This document shows positions 25,689-39,283 of a DNA stretch of 64,000 nucleotides, one piece after another. The stretch spans positions 20,708,001 through 20,772,000 of the forward strand of contig JBHGNT010000005.1 in NCBI GenBank assembly GCA_043228905.1, read 5' to 3'. Every line of letters begins with the position of its first letter. The stretch's first letter is position 1. This stretch comes from Azolla caroliniana. Lineage: Eukaryota > Plantae > Polypodiophyta. Made by a program: the position numbers and the translations under genes. Below the pieces are notes generated by a model. It ran no database searches and had not been told where the DNA came from. It saw only the letters and a list, made by a program, of their open reading frames with translations.

Positions 25689-26948
25689 ATGTTGATCATG
25701 GCCATGCCATTGGATAGCATGCTCGAGGACATCATCAGGGAGATGGATATGTTTTATATGTCCGAAGAATCGGAACTGCACGAAAAGCATTCGGGTCACG
25801 GTGATATCGATGATGACGGCAGTGACTCAGATGATAACAATAACAATGATGAGGGTACTATTGTGGAGCATAAGGGATGTAATCATGATGCATTGCATGT
25901 GATGGTGAAATGTAGATCAGGGGATTCAGATGATGGGATGCTGGGGATAATCAAGGTAATGGGAAAGATGTTAGAGGGCATGGTTGCCAAGAATTATGAG
26001 TGGCATGGTTGTGTTGGGGTGGAAATGATGCCCAAATCAGGGCACAAGGCGGGTAATGGAATCACCCCGATAACAACCCTATTCGATGGGCTGAGTGCTC
26101 CCAGCATTGGGATTACGGTATACTTGGAGCGTATTTTTTGGTATTCTGATTGCAGCCCCTCTTGTTTTGTGGTAGCATTGGCATACTTGGACCGCTTCCG
26201 AGATGGCTGTCATATCCACATTACCGCCCTCAATGTCCATCGCCTCCTCATCACAACCGTCATGCTCGCCGCCAAATTCCTTGATGATATGTATGTATGA
26301 TCGTAGTCTCTTTCGCTACCTCCTCCTTTTATTTTATTTTCTGATTGTGTGTGTATATACAGAGAGTAGAGTTTGCTGAATGCATTTGCTTAAACTTTGA
26401 TATAATGGCAAAGATAGTCACCATCAACAAAGATACTTCAATTGTTTAGAAAAAAATAGAAATTCCCAAAACAAGCCATCCAAATTCTGAAACATTTACC
26501 AGAATGTCAAGGGTGGGTAGGGGAGTTCACCCGTGGTGTCAGTGTATCTGATTACCTTTGAATTTAGCCCATGCAATTTCGGTGATTTTCCACATTTAGT
26601 CTAAGATTTAATCCCATGACTTGATTTGCATTTCTTATCATTATGGCAAGATGTCTATAGTATTACCCCAAACATCTCCTGTGAATTGTTTCTCTAGATT
26701 GAGGCAAACTTACTGTTTGTTCAATATGATTTGTATTAGCTAGGTGTTACGACAATGCATATTATGCCAAGATCGGCGGTGTCAGCACATCTGAGATGAA
26801 TCTTTTGGAATTGGAGTTTCTTTTCGCAATACAATTTCACCTTCATGTGTCAAAACAACAGTTTGAGAGCTATTGTCTCCGGATGGAGAGAGAATGGATG
26901 TCTCTATCATTGGCTACCACGTTTGACCACTATCGAATGATTTGGTGA
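25689..26948 (+). CDS. Cyclin-U (P-type/PHO80-like) cyclin; exons 25689-26290, 26744-26948
   Basis: [54 protein letters not shown]|[27 protein letters not shown]. Confidence 0.9.
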
Positions 26949-28200
26949 TTGGAGTTAATGGAGAAATGAGAGCTACTTCGATTGACTTGTCAACCAAGAT
27001 GTTTCTATCAAATCAAGAATTGAGCAGAAAATCCCAAAACATGTTTCTCTTCGGCTTTTCCTAGTTCAAAGTGCTAGGAATTTAAACTCAAAAGGCTATT
27101 TTGTGCCTAACATATTATAATCCTCGACTATTCTCACATTGTTGTATGCACATAAAATTTGGGTTAATGAACCCATTATATAAAGCATAAGATGATAATG
27201 TTTGTGTGAGATTTATTCTTGAGGGCTCAATTATTTGTTTAAAATGTTAATATGTTGCCACAACAATTTGAATTTAATGAGACATCGCACACATGTGCAT
27301 TTATCTTAATCAAAGATATTGCTATTGGGAAACTTTTAAGGGGCATCAAAATCCATCAAGAATATTTATGTGTAGAATTAGAAACATTCATAACAAATAA
27401 ATACACACACTATTATCATGAGAAACATGCCAACATGGACATAAAGGGATCTATCTAGGGAAAACTGAAATAGCTGATACAAATTGGAAAACAATTGCCT
27501 ATAATCATGCTTATTACAAATAATCCATCAAAAGTGTTCATGCAACCCAATAATGCACCCATGCCAATAATATGGGAAAGGGCTTAACATCCCATGATGA
27601 AAAAGCTAAAGAGTCGGGGAAACTTTTGGAATCAATAAGCAAGCAACTATGAAAAAGTTGTCAATAACACCCCCTCCTACAAGTGGCCAAGGCGATTTTT
27701 CTTAGATTGTAATACTATATGTTCACATTCGAGATCCCAAGCAAACATAGATAGAGAGAGAAGTAAGCGTTCACTGAGAGGTAACAAAGTCTTTCACGGA
27801 CCCCATTGAATCGCAACTTTCCATCGAGCCAACATGTTTTTACTTAGGACTTGACCAAAAACGTTTAATTATTGGGATGGGAGGATCCAATCATGTGTTC
27901 AAGGGACAAGAGGAGATGAAGAAGTCGTAGGCGTGGCAATGAGGGAGATGAAGTAAAAACGTGCGGTAATTTAGGGTATTTTTGGTTTTTTTTAATCAGC
28001 TGAAGAACAAGAAGAAGAAGAAATTTAGGGGTTTTCTTTTCTTTTTAATCAGCGGAAGAAGAAGCAGTTTCTATGGGTTCGAGACACGGACACGAAGGCA
28101 CACGTACCCACCTTCATTTGAACTCTTTTGGTTGCCCACAGTTTGGTGGAGACTTTGTTCACCATTTTGCAAAAGAGAGAGGGGCTTCAAAAAGTGAGGA

Positions 28201-28252
28201 TGCTGACGTGACGTGTAAAGGGCCTGCACCTTTTTTCAACCCCACGTCAGCA
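28201..28252. promoter_or_regulatory. Inverted pair of ACGT-core (G/C-box) elements upstream of the COL gene
   Basis: TGCTGACGTG (28201-28210) and CACGTCAGCA (28243-28252), plus a third GACGTG, about 170-220 bp before the ATG. Confidence 0.5.
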
Positions 28253-28419
28253 GCACTTTCCAGCACTTTTTCTGCACTTTTTGGCTTTTTTTCAAGAGGT
28301 ATGAAATATCAAAAGAACCTTTCCAGAGATATTCTTTGGCTTGTACATTTGAGAGAGAGAGAAAGAGAGAGAGAGAGTACAGAAGAGTTGCAGAGATTTC
28401 CCAATTGTGGTTGCCCTAC

Positions 28420-31400
28420 ATGCAGGAATCAGCTGTGGTGAAGGTATTGTGTGACTTCTGCTCCAAGGAGACAGCCATTGTTTACTGCAAAGCTGATGCT
28501 GCGAGACTATGTCTTGCGTGCGATCGAGATGTCCACTCTGCCAATGCTCTCTCCCGACGACACTCTCGGACTCTCCTCTGTAATACATGCGCTTCTCGCC
28601 CGGCTTCTGTTCGATGTGTAACCAAAAACCTCTCTTTATGCCAACAATGCGATGAGACTGGTTCGCATCAGGCGCATTCGCACCTGCCCATTAGCTCCTT
28701 CTCAGGTTGCCCCTCAGGCATCGAGCTTGCTGGCATCTGGGAGTGTGTCGTGGGTGATCTGGCCACATCAGATCATGTCTCTAATCCACCGGCCATGAAT
28801 CATGTCAACCACAGGAATTTCCCGGTTGATCTAGGTATAACATCGGATCATGTCTCTGATACACCAGCCATGCATCGCAGCATCAAAAGGAACTTCGCGG
28901 TTGATCTAATGAATGCATCAGATCATGTCTCCTATCCGCTTCTCATAAATCGAAGCAAAAAAAGGAACTTTCCAGTTGATCTGGTGACGACATCAGATAA
29001 TGTCTCTTATCCACTAGTCATGAATCAAAATGAAGAAAGAAATTCCCCCATTAATTCATCATGGAATCCTATTTGTTCCAATAGCATCAACATGGATCAA
29101 ACAAAAATAAATTTTCTTGGTGGTCTCGGAGAATCTGATCACGTTTCTAGTCAATCCAAAATGGATCAAGGCCTAAGGAACTTTCCAACTAGTTCATCGC
29201 ATGATCCTGTTTCAGCTAAAGTGGAGATCAACGAAACCAAAAAGAGTTTTTCTATTTTCCCTGATGTAAGTGCCACAAATAAGGGGATGTGAGTCTGTTT
29301 TTTCCATTGGTTAATTGCATGACTAAGTCAAGCACAGAAATCTACACATTATAACCCTTGCTATAACATTTTGCAGTTAGGAAATGGGTCAAATCATGTG
29401 CTCTCTGCTTGTGTAGGTTGGAGAAACAAACAAGGATCAATGTTTGCCTAGTAAATCTAAAAGAAAGCAAGATGTTCCTCAACAGAGTCTTAACGCAGAA
29501 AACGGTGAAGAGATCTTCAAAACCAAACAACATTTACGGCCATTGACTCTAGTTCCAAACTTGTCTGAGAAAGAAAGATCGCCTCACGTAAGACCTTTAG
29601 TTAGTGCAGATTTGCAACAAATACAAGAGAAGAAGTATGAGGATCATATTCAACATGGAATCAATGATCAACTTCCACTGGAAACTAATCGCATTGAAGC
29701 TCAAGCAGTTATTTCTGAAAACTTAACAAACTGCATTCTTCAGGGAGATTTCTGGAATTACAATATAGACTGTCAAGAAAATGAGGTATCTCTCCTTTTA
29801 TGTTCCTTTCTCTATCTCTTTTTCTGTTCGCCGTATCCTTCTTTTATCGAAGTTACCGAATTACGTCTGAAAACAAAATAGAATAACTCTATATCATCTC
29901 CTTGAGATGATGCCCTACTACTGGTTGTAGAGGGTTATACATGTAAGCTTTGAATGGTGATAGCACATCAATTATGTCTTCCCAAATTTTTTGGAGAAAG
30001 TGCTAAATGTTTGGACATGGCCATGACTCATGGCCATATACTATCTTGATTAGCATGATAGGAGATGTGGGAAACAAAACCAGAGAAGGAAGAAAACGGT
30101 TTCTTTTAGCTGTGAATTCGAGATAGAAAGCTATAAAACTCACTCATCAACTAGAAAATATACAGAAAACATGAATATCTAATAGATTGAAATAGATACA
30201 AACAATAAAGAAACATGATCAGATCTCTTATCACTATCTTTACTATACGTGTCTCACTTTGCTTGAAGCATGAAATAAGTCCTATATGTCACGCATCATG
30301 CTTTTGGGCCACAACCTCAGATATCTGGGCAAGTTGATCTCATATCCAGATCATATTATCACTCTTTGCTCCTTCAACCGTTGCCAAGAGGTAACCGGGG
30401 AGGGGATACAATTTCTCTAGTGCAAAAATTAAACAAATTTATGGAAATTCTCAAAATAAATGCATGGAAATAAACAAATTTTGCTTGCAGAAATGGTATT
30501 AACTACGATAAGAAAGTTCACCTTCACAATTTGGAAAATCAACCAATTGCAACAGCATGCTGAATTAAACAAAATAGTATTGTATGCTTGTTCTCCCTAG
30601 CTATATTGACTTTATCAATTAGCATACATTCAGGTCATTTATTCATTTTTGGGTAAGTGAGAAATTCATTGGGAATTCAAATACCTGTCGTACACAAGAC
30701 ACCCCCATTAATTGTAATGTTTATATGGCCTCATACATGAAGTATAGAAATAGTGATCGATCATGTAAGATGTAATTGTGAACAATCTTTTGTATCTTGC
30801 TTATGTGATTGCATTCACATAGACATCTGGATTAGCATAAATACGACATGGATGATGGTACACATTATTAACCGTCTTCTCAGAATCATTAACATGTCTT
30901 CGGCCTGTGCAAATGGATGAATGTCTCCAAATAACTCTACATATCCCCAAATATCACAAGTACTATTATCAAGTTCCTTGTTCGGAACTTGTCCTTTCCT
31001 TTATAGATGGCCCAACAACAGGGCCTACTACCTAGTACCTACAGAAGCCAAGAAGAAAAGTTGAACCTACACAAAATGACAGCATGATAAATTTTCAACT
31101 AGAAGTTTTCTATTAATCATATTGCTCATGTTAAGCATTTCTATGTTTATTTTAATCTCTCTCTCTCTCTTTTATGAACTCTTCGAGATTGATGTTTCTT
31201 CCTATGCCTTTGGAACAGCCTGCATATCATATTTGGCCATTGTATACAGAGTTTTCTTATTTACAGCAGCAGTGTATTCCATAGTCAAACACGGGAGTTG
31301 CTTTAAGATGTGGGCCCTGGGTTCAATGATTGTTATCTTTAACTTTTGGGCGTTATTAATTTCATGAGGTAATTTTGTTCGGTCATGTATTAATCCCAAA

Positions 31401-32334
31401 TTTTACAGTGTATACGTTTTGTCCTTCTTGACTAAGGTTATATAAGGTGATAATGCATCTTCAGTGAATATCTTCCATTTGATCAGTAATGGAGTAGCCA
31501 TGGTTCTTCTTTTTGGCAGACTAGAGGAGATCATATTGAAGATCTCGTCTTCTGCAAAAATGGCATGACCATTGATGACTTCAATATGTCGGATGTTGAT
31601 CTTGAATTTGACAACTATGAGATGTTTGATACCTCATGTCTGCAAACAGAAGAGTTCAAAGATGTAACATCGTCTTGTTCTTCGATGGGACAAAGTAGAT
31701 CATTTGTTGAGTCCAGTATTCACGTGGAAAGTATACAGGCGGGCAACACAGTAGATTCACAAAATGTTGGTAAAAGCCTCCATGTCTCTGATTTCCTAGG
31801 CTTTCTTTTAAGATATGAATGTTTCTTATGCTCTTGCATATGCAGGCTATAGCACAACCAAGGGACTCTCTTTTGCCTGAACAAGTTCTTGAAAGTCCAA
31901 GGATTGCCGATGTATCAGATTCTCTGTCCCTTTCAGGATTGAGTGGTGAAAACCCTCTGCTTACAGACTACCCTAATTGCAGCATGTTATCTGGCAAGTT
32001 AAATGCCAATCCACAAGGGGGATCCACAAGCCACAATAAAGAGGCTTTTGCCAAAGCTCGAGATGATGCTATGCTTCGATACAAGGAGAAAAAGAAACAC
32101 CGTCAGTAAGTAAAAGAAAACTCCTCAAATTTAAAAGGAAAATACAGTTGATGTTTTTGGATATTCTATTTAGTTGCAGAATCTAGATGAAGCTTCTATC
32201 TATGCAGGTATAAGAAGAAGATTCGTTATGAGTCTCGGAAAGCTGGGGCAGATAGCAGAAGGCGGGTCAGAGGCCGGTTTGTGAAGGCTGGAGAAGCATT
32301 TGATTATGATCCTCAGGCAGTAATGAAGAGTTAG
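28420..32334 (+). CDS. CONSTANS-like protein (two B-boxes + CCT; COL9-like group); exons 28420-29265, 29417-29785, 31520-~31769, ~31846-32105, 32208-32334
   Basis: CDFC...[29 protein letters not shown], a second B-box, [15 protein letters not shown], and [43 protein letters not shown]. The exon 3/4 boundary is uncertain. Confidence 0.9.
28756..29052 (+). repeat. 4 x ~75-bp (25-aa) coding tandem repeat in COL
   Basis: DL..SDHVS.P..M....RNFPV four times; a degenerate fifth copy at about 29125-29190. Confidence 0.88.
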
Positions 32335-34366
32335 AAGAAAATCACATATCTTTTTACCTTGAATCCATATTGATTATAGGTATATGAGCTGCTTCCTTGC
32401 AGATATGTTTTGGTGATAAACCAATGGACATAATGAAGTTTAATCAATCATACCTTTATGCAGATCACCAACATTGCTATCATGTTACACTATTTTTTGC
32501 TAGCCCCTCGGGATGTCTGCATGTCAGTGCTTCATCCTGCCCCTTGTACTGCAAGATCAGAGGGATTGTACTTCTATTGAGAACGATCTCTCCATTTATG
32601 GAGCCTATTCTTTGTGTGACCACCATCTAGACATGTATGGCATATTTGCTAGATATGCTCCAGAGTATTTATGGATTGAAGGAATTGTGGCATGAAGTTA
32701 TATACACCAACCTATGTGATTGAAATTAGAGGGGTTTGGTAGCTATGAGGCTTGCTAATAAACACAGCAATTTATGATTTTTACATTGCAATGAATAGAA
32801 ACATGAGCTTCAGGATTTTCCATGTGTTTTGCTTGAGTATGCATGCCTGGGAAATTGAATATAAATAATTTCTTATGATATATATACAAGTACTGGTATA
32901 TTTAGTATTTTATGTTTGACAGGATAGAACACTTATTTGACCTATTTTAAGGAGCGCTGCAAAGTGAAATAGCTGGAAGTGTTCAGCAGTTCATATAGCA
33001 TGTATCTTATTTTATGAAGTGCAGATCAATCAACAATTGTGCCATTAGATTTTGGCATATTACCTTTGTCGATGGCATTTTCCCTGCAGCATTAACCATG
33101 GTTCTCTATGAAGCTACCCCGTCCATTGATTTATTTGGTCTACACGACACCATAGTTTGAAAAACGTACCATTTATCTGGATGTGATGTAATAATACCAA
33201 GCTTACTCATACAAATTTAACCTCTGAATACATTTACCTTTGGGAACAAGACTGAAGTTTCTGTGAACCTAAAGAATCATCAAATTGACATATGTTATGA
33301 TTCTAATTTTTTATCTTCATGGATTAGCTTGTTCATTGGGCCATTTTATATATGCTTCAGGTATTTTCTCCATTTCATTTAATGAACTAGTTGAAATGCT
33401 TGCTTCCTTATCTAAACAACATAGCACAGAGACATAGTATAGTTTACATGTTCCAAAAGGGGTGAATTTGGGGTCAAATGTGAAATGCTATAATAAGATC
33501 GATTCCTAAAGCATTGTTTGGTGAAACTTCTCAGAATTTATGATGGTCAACATTCTTGTCCAGTTTGACTTTTATCTAAGATGCATTTACGGAAGAGCAT
33601 AAACAAACATCAATCAAGAGAATTAATGCTATCTATTGCTTTATGCAATTGTCAAAGATGAACAAGCAAGATTGGGTTCAAATATGAGATGGTACAAGAA
33701 GATTGACTCTCAAACTATTATCTGGCAGACCTAAGATTCTTCAAACCGGAGCAGAAATTGTTCAATTAGACTTTATTTAAGAAGCATTTATGAAAGAACA
33801 AAGGTTGATTTTCCTTGACATGATGATTTACGCAAGGTTTGCTGAAGACCAGCCAAGAAAGGATTGATGCTATCACGTGGATATTAATGTCAAGAATACA
33901 TAGTTACATTTTTACTGCAGAGGTCAATTTTATCTTTTCCAACCAAATGAGAAGGCATATTGTATCTTACTCAAAAAATAAATATGTTATATTTCCTACA
34001 AAATCCAAAGAATAGATGGGTTACATTTACTAGAAAACTCAAAGAATAAATATGTTACATTTACTAGAAAGCTCAAAGAATAAATACATTACCTTCACTA
34101 GGCTAAAGATATAAAACTGTATGCTTCACCTTATATATGATTTTGTCCATGATGTAAGCTTCACTTGGTATAGAAATGAGAATAGGCCAACTAAATACAA
34201 TACTCTCACCAAAGACTCTTCACATGTCATGATATATAGAGATTAATTATATCAGTGTTTGATGCGACAAGGACTCTTTATTTATCCCTCTCTATGATTC
34301 TTTTAGAGTAACTACAGGTTTTGTAAGGATTGATGTGAGTCATTACCAATATCATCCAGCTTTTAT

Positions 34367-36580
34367 TCACTCATCTTTTTTCTTAAGTTCTGCTTCGGTT
34401 TTTCTAATGTAAGGCGAACTGCTGAATGCATATTCCTGTGCAAGGGCAAAGAAAACCATCTCCAAGCATATTAGCAGATTTTGAATTGCTTCTTCAATTT
34501 GGTCAACTTCTAACCATATGTGATCTGAGCGAATAATGCCTATGGCAGCTAGGATTTCTAGAACTATTCCCTGCAATTTTGCAAAATAGAGTGATAACCA
34601 GGAACAATCTCAGTTTTCATTCAACTTTAATGAATTTGTTTTACGAGAATTTACCTGCCAGAAAGAGAAAAATACAATGCCTTTGACACACAAGAATTTG
34701 GCTAATGGATTATGTGGAGCCAATTCCTTCACAAACGCATGGTAGAAGAGTACCAGAGCATACAGAGCTAATGAAACAGAGATATTGAGCACAACTGACA
34801 CAGAGGTGCTAATGATGCCCCTGTATATCCCAAACAACTGCATAGTGATCATAAATATCGAGAAGACTGGTCGGATGATGACAAATTGCCATGTCCACCA
34901 CTTAAGAAGCTTTAGCACATTCTGATTTAGGTGCAGTGTGTGAGGCTGTAAAATCGATTGACATAAGTGTATGATTCAGAGTCGGGCCTTGCCATCAATC
35001 AATAAAAGCCGAATCCATTTAACAAAAAGGAGTTTTTGAAACTAGAATACTTAGAGTAGGTTCAGCATTCACCACAAACAGGTTCAATGGGAAAGAGATG
35101 TGGATGGGGCGTCCCTTGATCTCATCAGGGACAATGTTTTTGTCCATGGATATGTTCAAATAACTGTACATTAAGGAAAGAAATTTGGCAATCACCTAAA
35201 CAAAACGCAACAGGAAACGGTGGTGAGAACAAGAAAACATGCCGAGATTACTCTTCAAAAAATTGTGTGTGTATTTAGCAAGCAACGAACACCTGATCTC
35301 AAATGGATGTGTATTCATGCACATAGAACCTTCTTGTATGCCTTGAAGCTTAGGGGGGTTTTCATTTAGAAAAGAACCCCCAGTGCAGTATCATCATGGA
35401 TTCAAATGTTAATGAAATAATCATGATACGCATACTTGTTCATGAGTGATCGTGATGATGACAAAAAAAGGATGCAACAACACTACATCTTGCAGTGGAA
35501 TTGTTCGTTTATGTATGTAAATATGCATTGAATGTGTGACTAGAATTCAAAGAAAGGTAAGGATAGGCCAACCCACAGTTGGGTAGCCTTATAGTCGCCT
35601 GTAGTTGGCATACTGAAACTATAGTCTGGCCAGAGGTCCATTATCCATCCATTCTTCCAAGGGTTTAAGGTTATATAAACAGGTCTTTACTATTATGCAG
35701 ATTTTTACTGTTGCAATATATTGCTGAGTTTCATTGGCCCTTTCAGCTTTTTAGAGATGTTAGAACATCTTTCTTGCTTTACCCCCACTCTATTGGTGGC
35801 TGTGATTCATGCCGTTAATGCCCTACAGTTCCAACTATGCATAGTTCCTATCGGATGTAATTGATTCTATATTATGGATGCATTTCATGTGGGCCTCTTA
35901 ATTCAATAATTCTGTTTTATCTAAATGATGATGCCTTGTCATGTGTTCTCATATTTCATGGATGAGCTTGTCTGTTCAGGTTTGTGACTAGTTCATGGCT
36001 TGTTTCATCTCAACGTTGGTTTCTATGGACTACACCAAAGCATTCCTGACAATGATGAAGACATTGATGATGCAGATGTGAGCCTTTGTGGATTTGGAAG
36101 TGCATGTGTGCATGGACAAGAAATCTGTGGATGCAGATGTTTGTGTTTATGTTCATGATAATGTCGACATCGGTGTCAAGGTCAACGAATATCATTATCA
36201 TTATCACATTCATAACAAACATGATCAAGACCATGATCATGATCACAATAACAAATGAAGAGGTGTAAGAAACCTGGCATGATCACACTGAAAAGAGGGA
36301 GGTAAGGAGAAGAGAGGACCTACCAGGGCCTCGTAGCATTCTTTGAGAGCTTCGAGGAACGAGAAAAAGACAGTGCTCCCTCTGACATCGATCAAACCGA
36401 TGAACGCAACGACGGCATAAAAGGGGGCCATGGAGATGATGATAGCGATGGCACGCTGCTCCTTCGCCACACTCCAGTTGCGCAGGTGCGCCATCACTAG
36501 GCGGGCTGTGGTTACCAGTGAGGTGATGGTGCAGAGCCCTGCACCAATCAGGGTCCAGCCACGAGCCCCCAACAAGAAGC

Positions 36581-36584
<4 letters not shown>
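34367..36584 (-). CDS. LAZ1-like / TMEM184 (DUF300, OST-alpha) membrane protein; exons 36584-36324, 35195-35073, 34945-34655, 34570-34367
   Basis: HLRNW...EQRAI.III.MAPFYA..KECYEAL|VIAKFL.LMYSYL..IKGRPIH.SFP|..LKWWTWQFVIIRPV..KFLCVKGIVFFSFWQ|GIVL..EEAIQNLLICLEMVFF. Confidence 0.9.
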
Positions 36585-36673
<89 letters not shown>

Positions 36674-36727
36674 CCCTGCTTCTCTTCTGATAATGATGGC
36701 CCTGCTTCTGATATTGGTTCCCCTGCT

Positions 36728-36787
<60 letters not shown>

Positions 36788-36870
36788 AGCCCCTGCTTCG
36801 CTTCTGATAATGATTCCCCTGCTTCTGATATTGGTTCCCCTGCTGTTGCTGCTGCTTCTTCTTCTTCTTC
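36585..36870. repeat. Two long (CT/AG)n tracts embedded in a duplicated ~60-bp unit, in the 5' leader of the DUF300 gene
   Basis: (ct)n at 36585-36670 and 36729-36786, each followed by agcccctgctt...tctgataatgat..cctgcttctgatattggttcccctgct. Confidence 0.9.
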
Positions 36871-39283
36871 TTTAGGATAATCTGGTTGTTCATTTTCTTC
36901 ACACTTTGTGAAGAGTTTAAATGACCAAAATCTCACTGTTTCCAGTTCAGAAACCCATCTCTCGGATTCGCAAAAAAAAAATAGACATACCGAAGAGGTT
37001 ATAGCCTATTCCTTCCTTGTTTTGTCAGGTTCCCATCTCGACCCTGTGGCAAGCATTGGGCGTAAGACCTACTCTATATCATCTTCGATGCTACATTTTC
37101 CAATGAAACGGAGTGTTTTGCAACGTAATCATCGAATAGATGTTTGTATCTTGAAGAGTAATTAGTGGGCTAACCGTTTTACCCATAATGGCATTTGAAA
37201 TGAACTACTCTTAATCATTTGTATAGTGGCGGCGAGAGTCTCACATGTGTGCATGGACATCAAACTTTCAAGGCACTCAATCTTTTTAGTTAGATAAGGG
37301 GGTTCAATCTATATATACTTTCCATGTGACTTGGTTTAACCTATAATCAATTTATCCAAGCAACAATTAATTTGTACTCCTTAAAATGCAGTTTGATTAA
37401 CCTTTAACCAATTCACCCATCACCCGAACAAACAATTTCACATCAAAAAACAATTCACAGGTTAATAGTTTCTTATAGTTGTCTTGGATGACTATGAAAA
37501 GGATAATTACATGCATTGAGGTTGTGCAAGGGATTGAGTGTTTTTAAGACTCGTATCATATATAATTAGAATGTAAATGCTATGCACTCCTTTGAGTTTG
37601 AAACAAAATTTCAGCTATGGACAATAATGCTAGGTCATACATGCACATAAGTATAGAATTCAAATGCTATATATATGACCTATTCACCATTTGGGTTGTA
37701 ACAAAACATCCTACAATCCCTATTATAGCTCATCAACACAAATTTGATATCTAATCAGAAGAAAGTTACAAATTCTTTCAAAATCTCTATATTTGGAATG
37801 CCTTGATTGGAGTGACTTATTCCAATATTATCAAGATATATGCATAGAAAACTCAGAAATTACACACACAACACCAAAATAAACGAATGAAGTCACTAGA
37901 TTCCCCTTCCGATACTACAAAGATGCATGAAAGATTCAAAATATCTAAAGTCTTGATTTAGGTGGTGGAAACAAGGTATTTCTTGGTTTAAAAATGTCGA
38001 TTCATGTATCGATCTCCAGGCTCAGTCATCACCCAATCTATTGAAACAAACAGAAGGAGGCTCAAACAAAAAACACTTGTGTGGGTTTGGGTGCAGCCTC
38101 CCCTGCATGTATGTCATAACACGAACTGAAGGGATGGTGGATCAAAAGAGTCCGATATCTCCCAAAGGGATAAAAGTCATAATTGGCACAATACAGATGT
38201 TTGTTCTTCCCCCAAGGATATTAGTTGTGGAAAATCCATGAAAGTCCAAATGATGCTTAGTGAGAACAATTGGAGAGCCTACACTGCCTTTCAACAAAGC
38301 TGACTTTATGGTGCTGCCTATTGGTTGTCCTATTGGTAAGATTTGAGTTAGCAAAACAACTTAGTTTTTCGATCAAGAAAAACAATTCCTCTTTACATGT
38401 GCCAAATAGCATGTAACCGTTCATTCAATCCCATCTATCTGAACAAGTGTTCCATGTTCTCTAAGCAAGTAACATGGATAATCTCTGCATGATTATGTAA
38501 GGTTATGATTAACCAACTGTTTGAAGCACCTTATCATCCATTCATTAAATCATTATTTTTGTTTAAATCAATGTGCAGAAGCAAAGGAAAGAGCTTCCCA
38601 TAGAACGTTGGATCAAAAAAATTCAGAAGGTTTTTGTGGAAGATGATTCAGGCTCCCATTAACAGTGCAAGATGACGCTTAGTCACCGTACGAGTTTTCA
38701 TAAGGCATCGGCAACTTATCAACCTCTCTCTGTTTCTAAATTAAGAGATTTTCACCTCTCACAACCATCAAACACGAAAAATGAGCTAAACTTCTGCTAT
38801 GAACAAATCAATTTGTCCCGAAAAACAAGAAAACGGGGGCACTTGATTGTTAATCATTGAGCTCCTTTGGTGTCTTCATGTATCTCCGCATCTCTCATGG
38901 TTCTAACATTTGCAGTTATTTTGAAACTCTCCTGGATTACATACAACCAAGAAAAAGCATATTTAACATTTGGTAGTTGGATTCAAATAATAAAACATAT
39001 AACAGAAAAGACACATGTAGGATCCAACATGGTGAAGATGCATTAGATGTGAATCATTATCAAGCTTTTCTCAATTACTGAAAATTCGCAATCCATATAT
39101 GCATATAGCATGTCCATATCAACTGTTTGCTTGAATGTAGCATCTTTTCATATGATTTTGTCTTAAGTATAACAGGATAAATATGTGTGTGGAAGAAGCC
39201 ATATATATAAAGTCAAGAATTTATGATTGAAAAAATAAATTCTTCTTACCAAGGGCATTGTGTGTCTCTTCGTAGCTTGCATT

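Noticed and set aside
28336-28419. Upstream extension of the COL ORF
   Set aside because: Non-ATG start running through an (AG)n leader; the ATG at 28420 fits B-box proteins better.
31007-31090. Possible extra COL exon after TTATAG
   Set aside because: In-frame stop soon after, no clear in-phase donor, and exons 2 and 3 already join in phase.
36283-36936. 217-aa ORF with RERERE runs
   Set aside because: Produced by (AG)n tracts; out of frame with the real DUF300 CDS.
37900-38450. Short ORFs between the DUF300 gene and RPL4
   Set aside because: No recognisable motif or splice structure.
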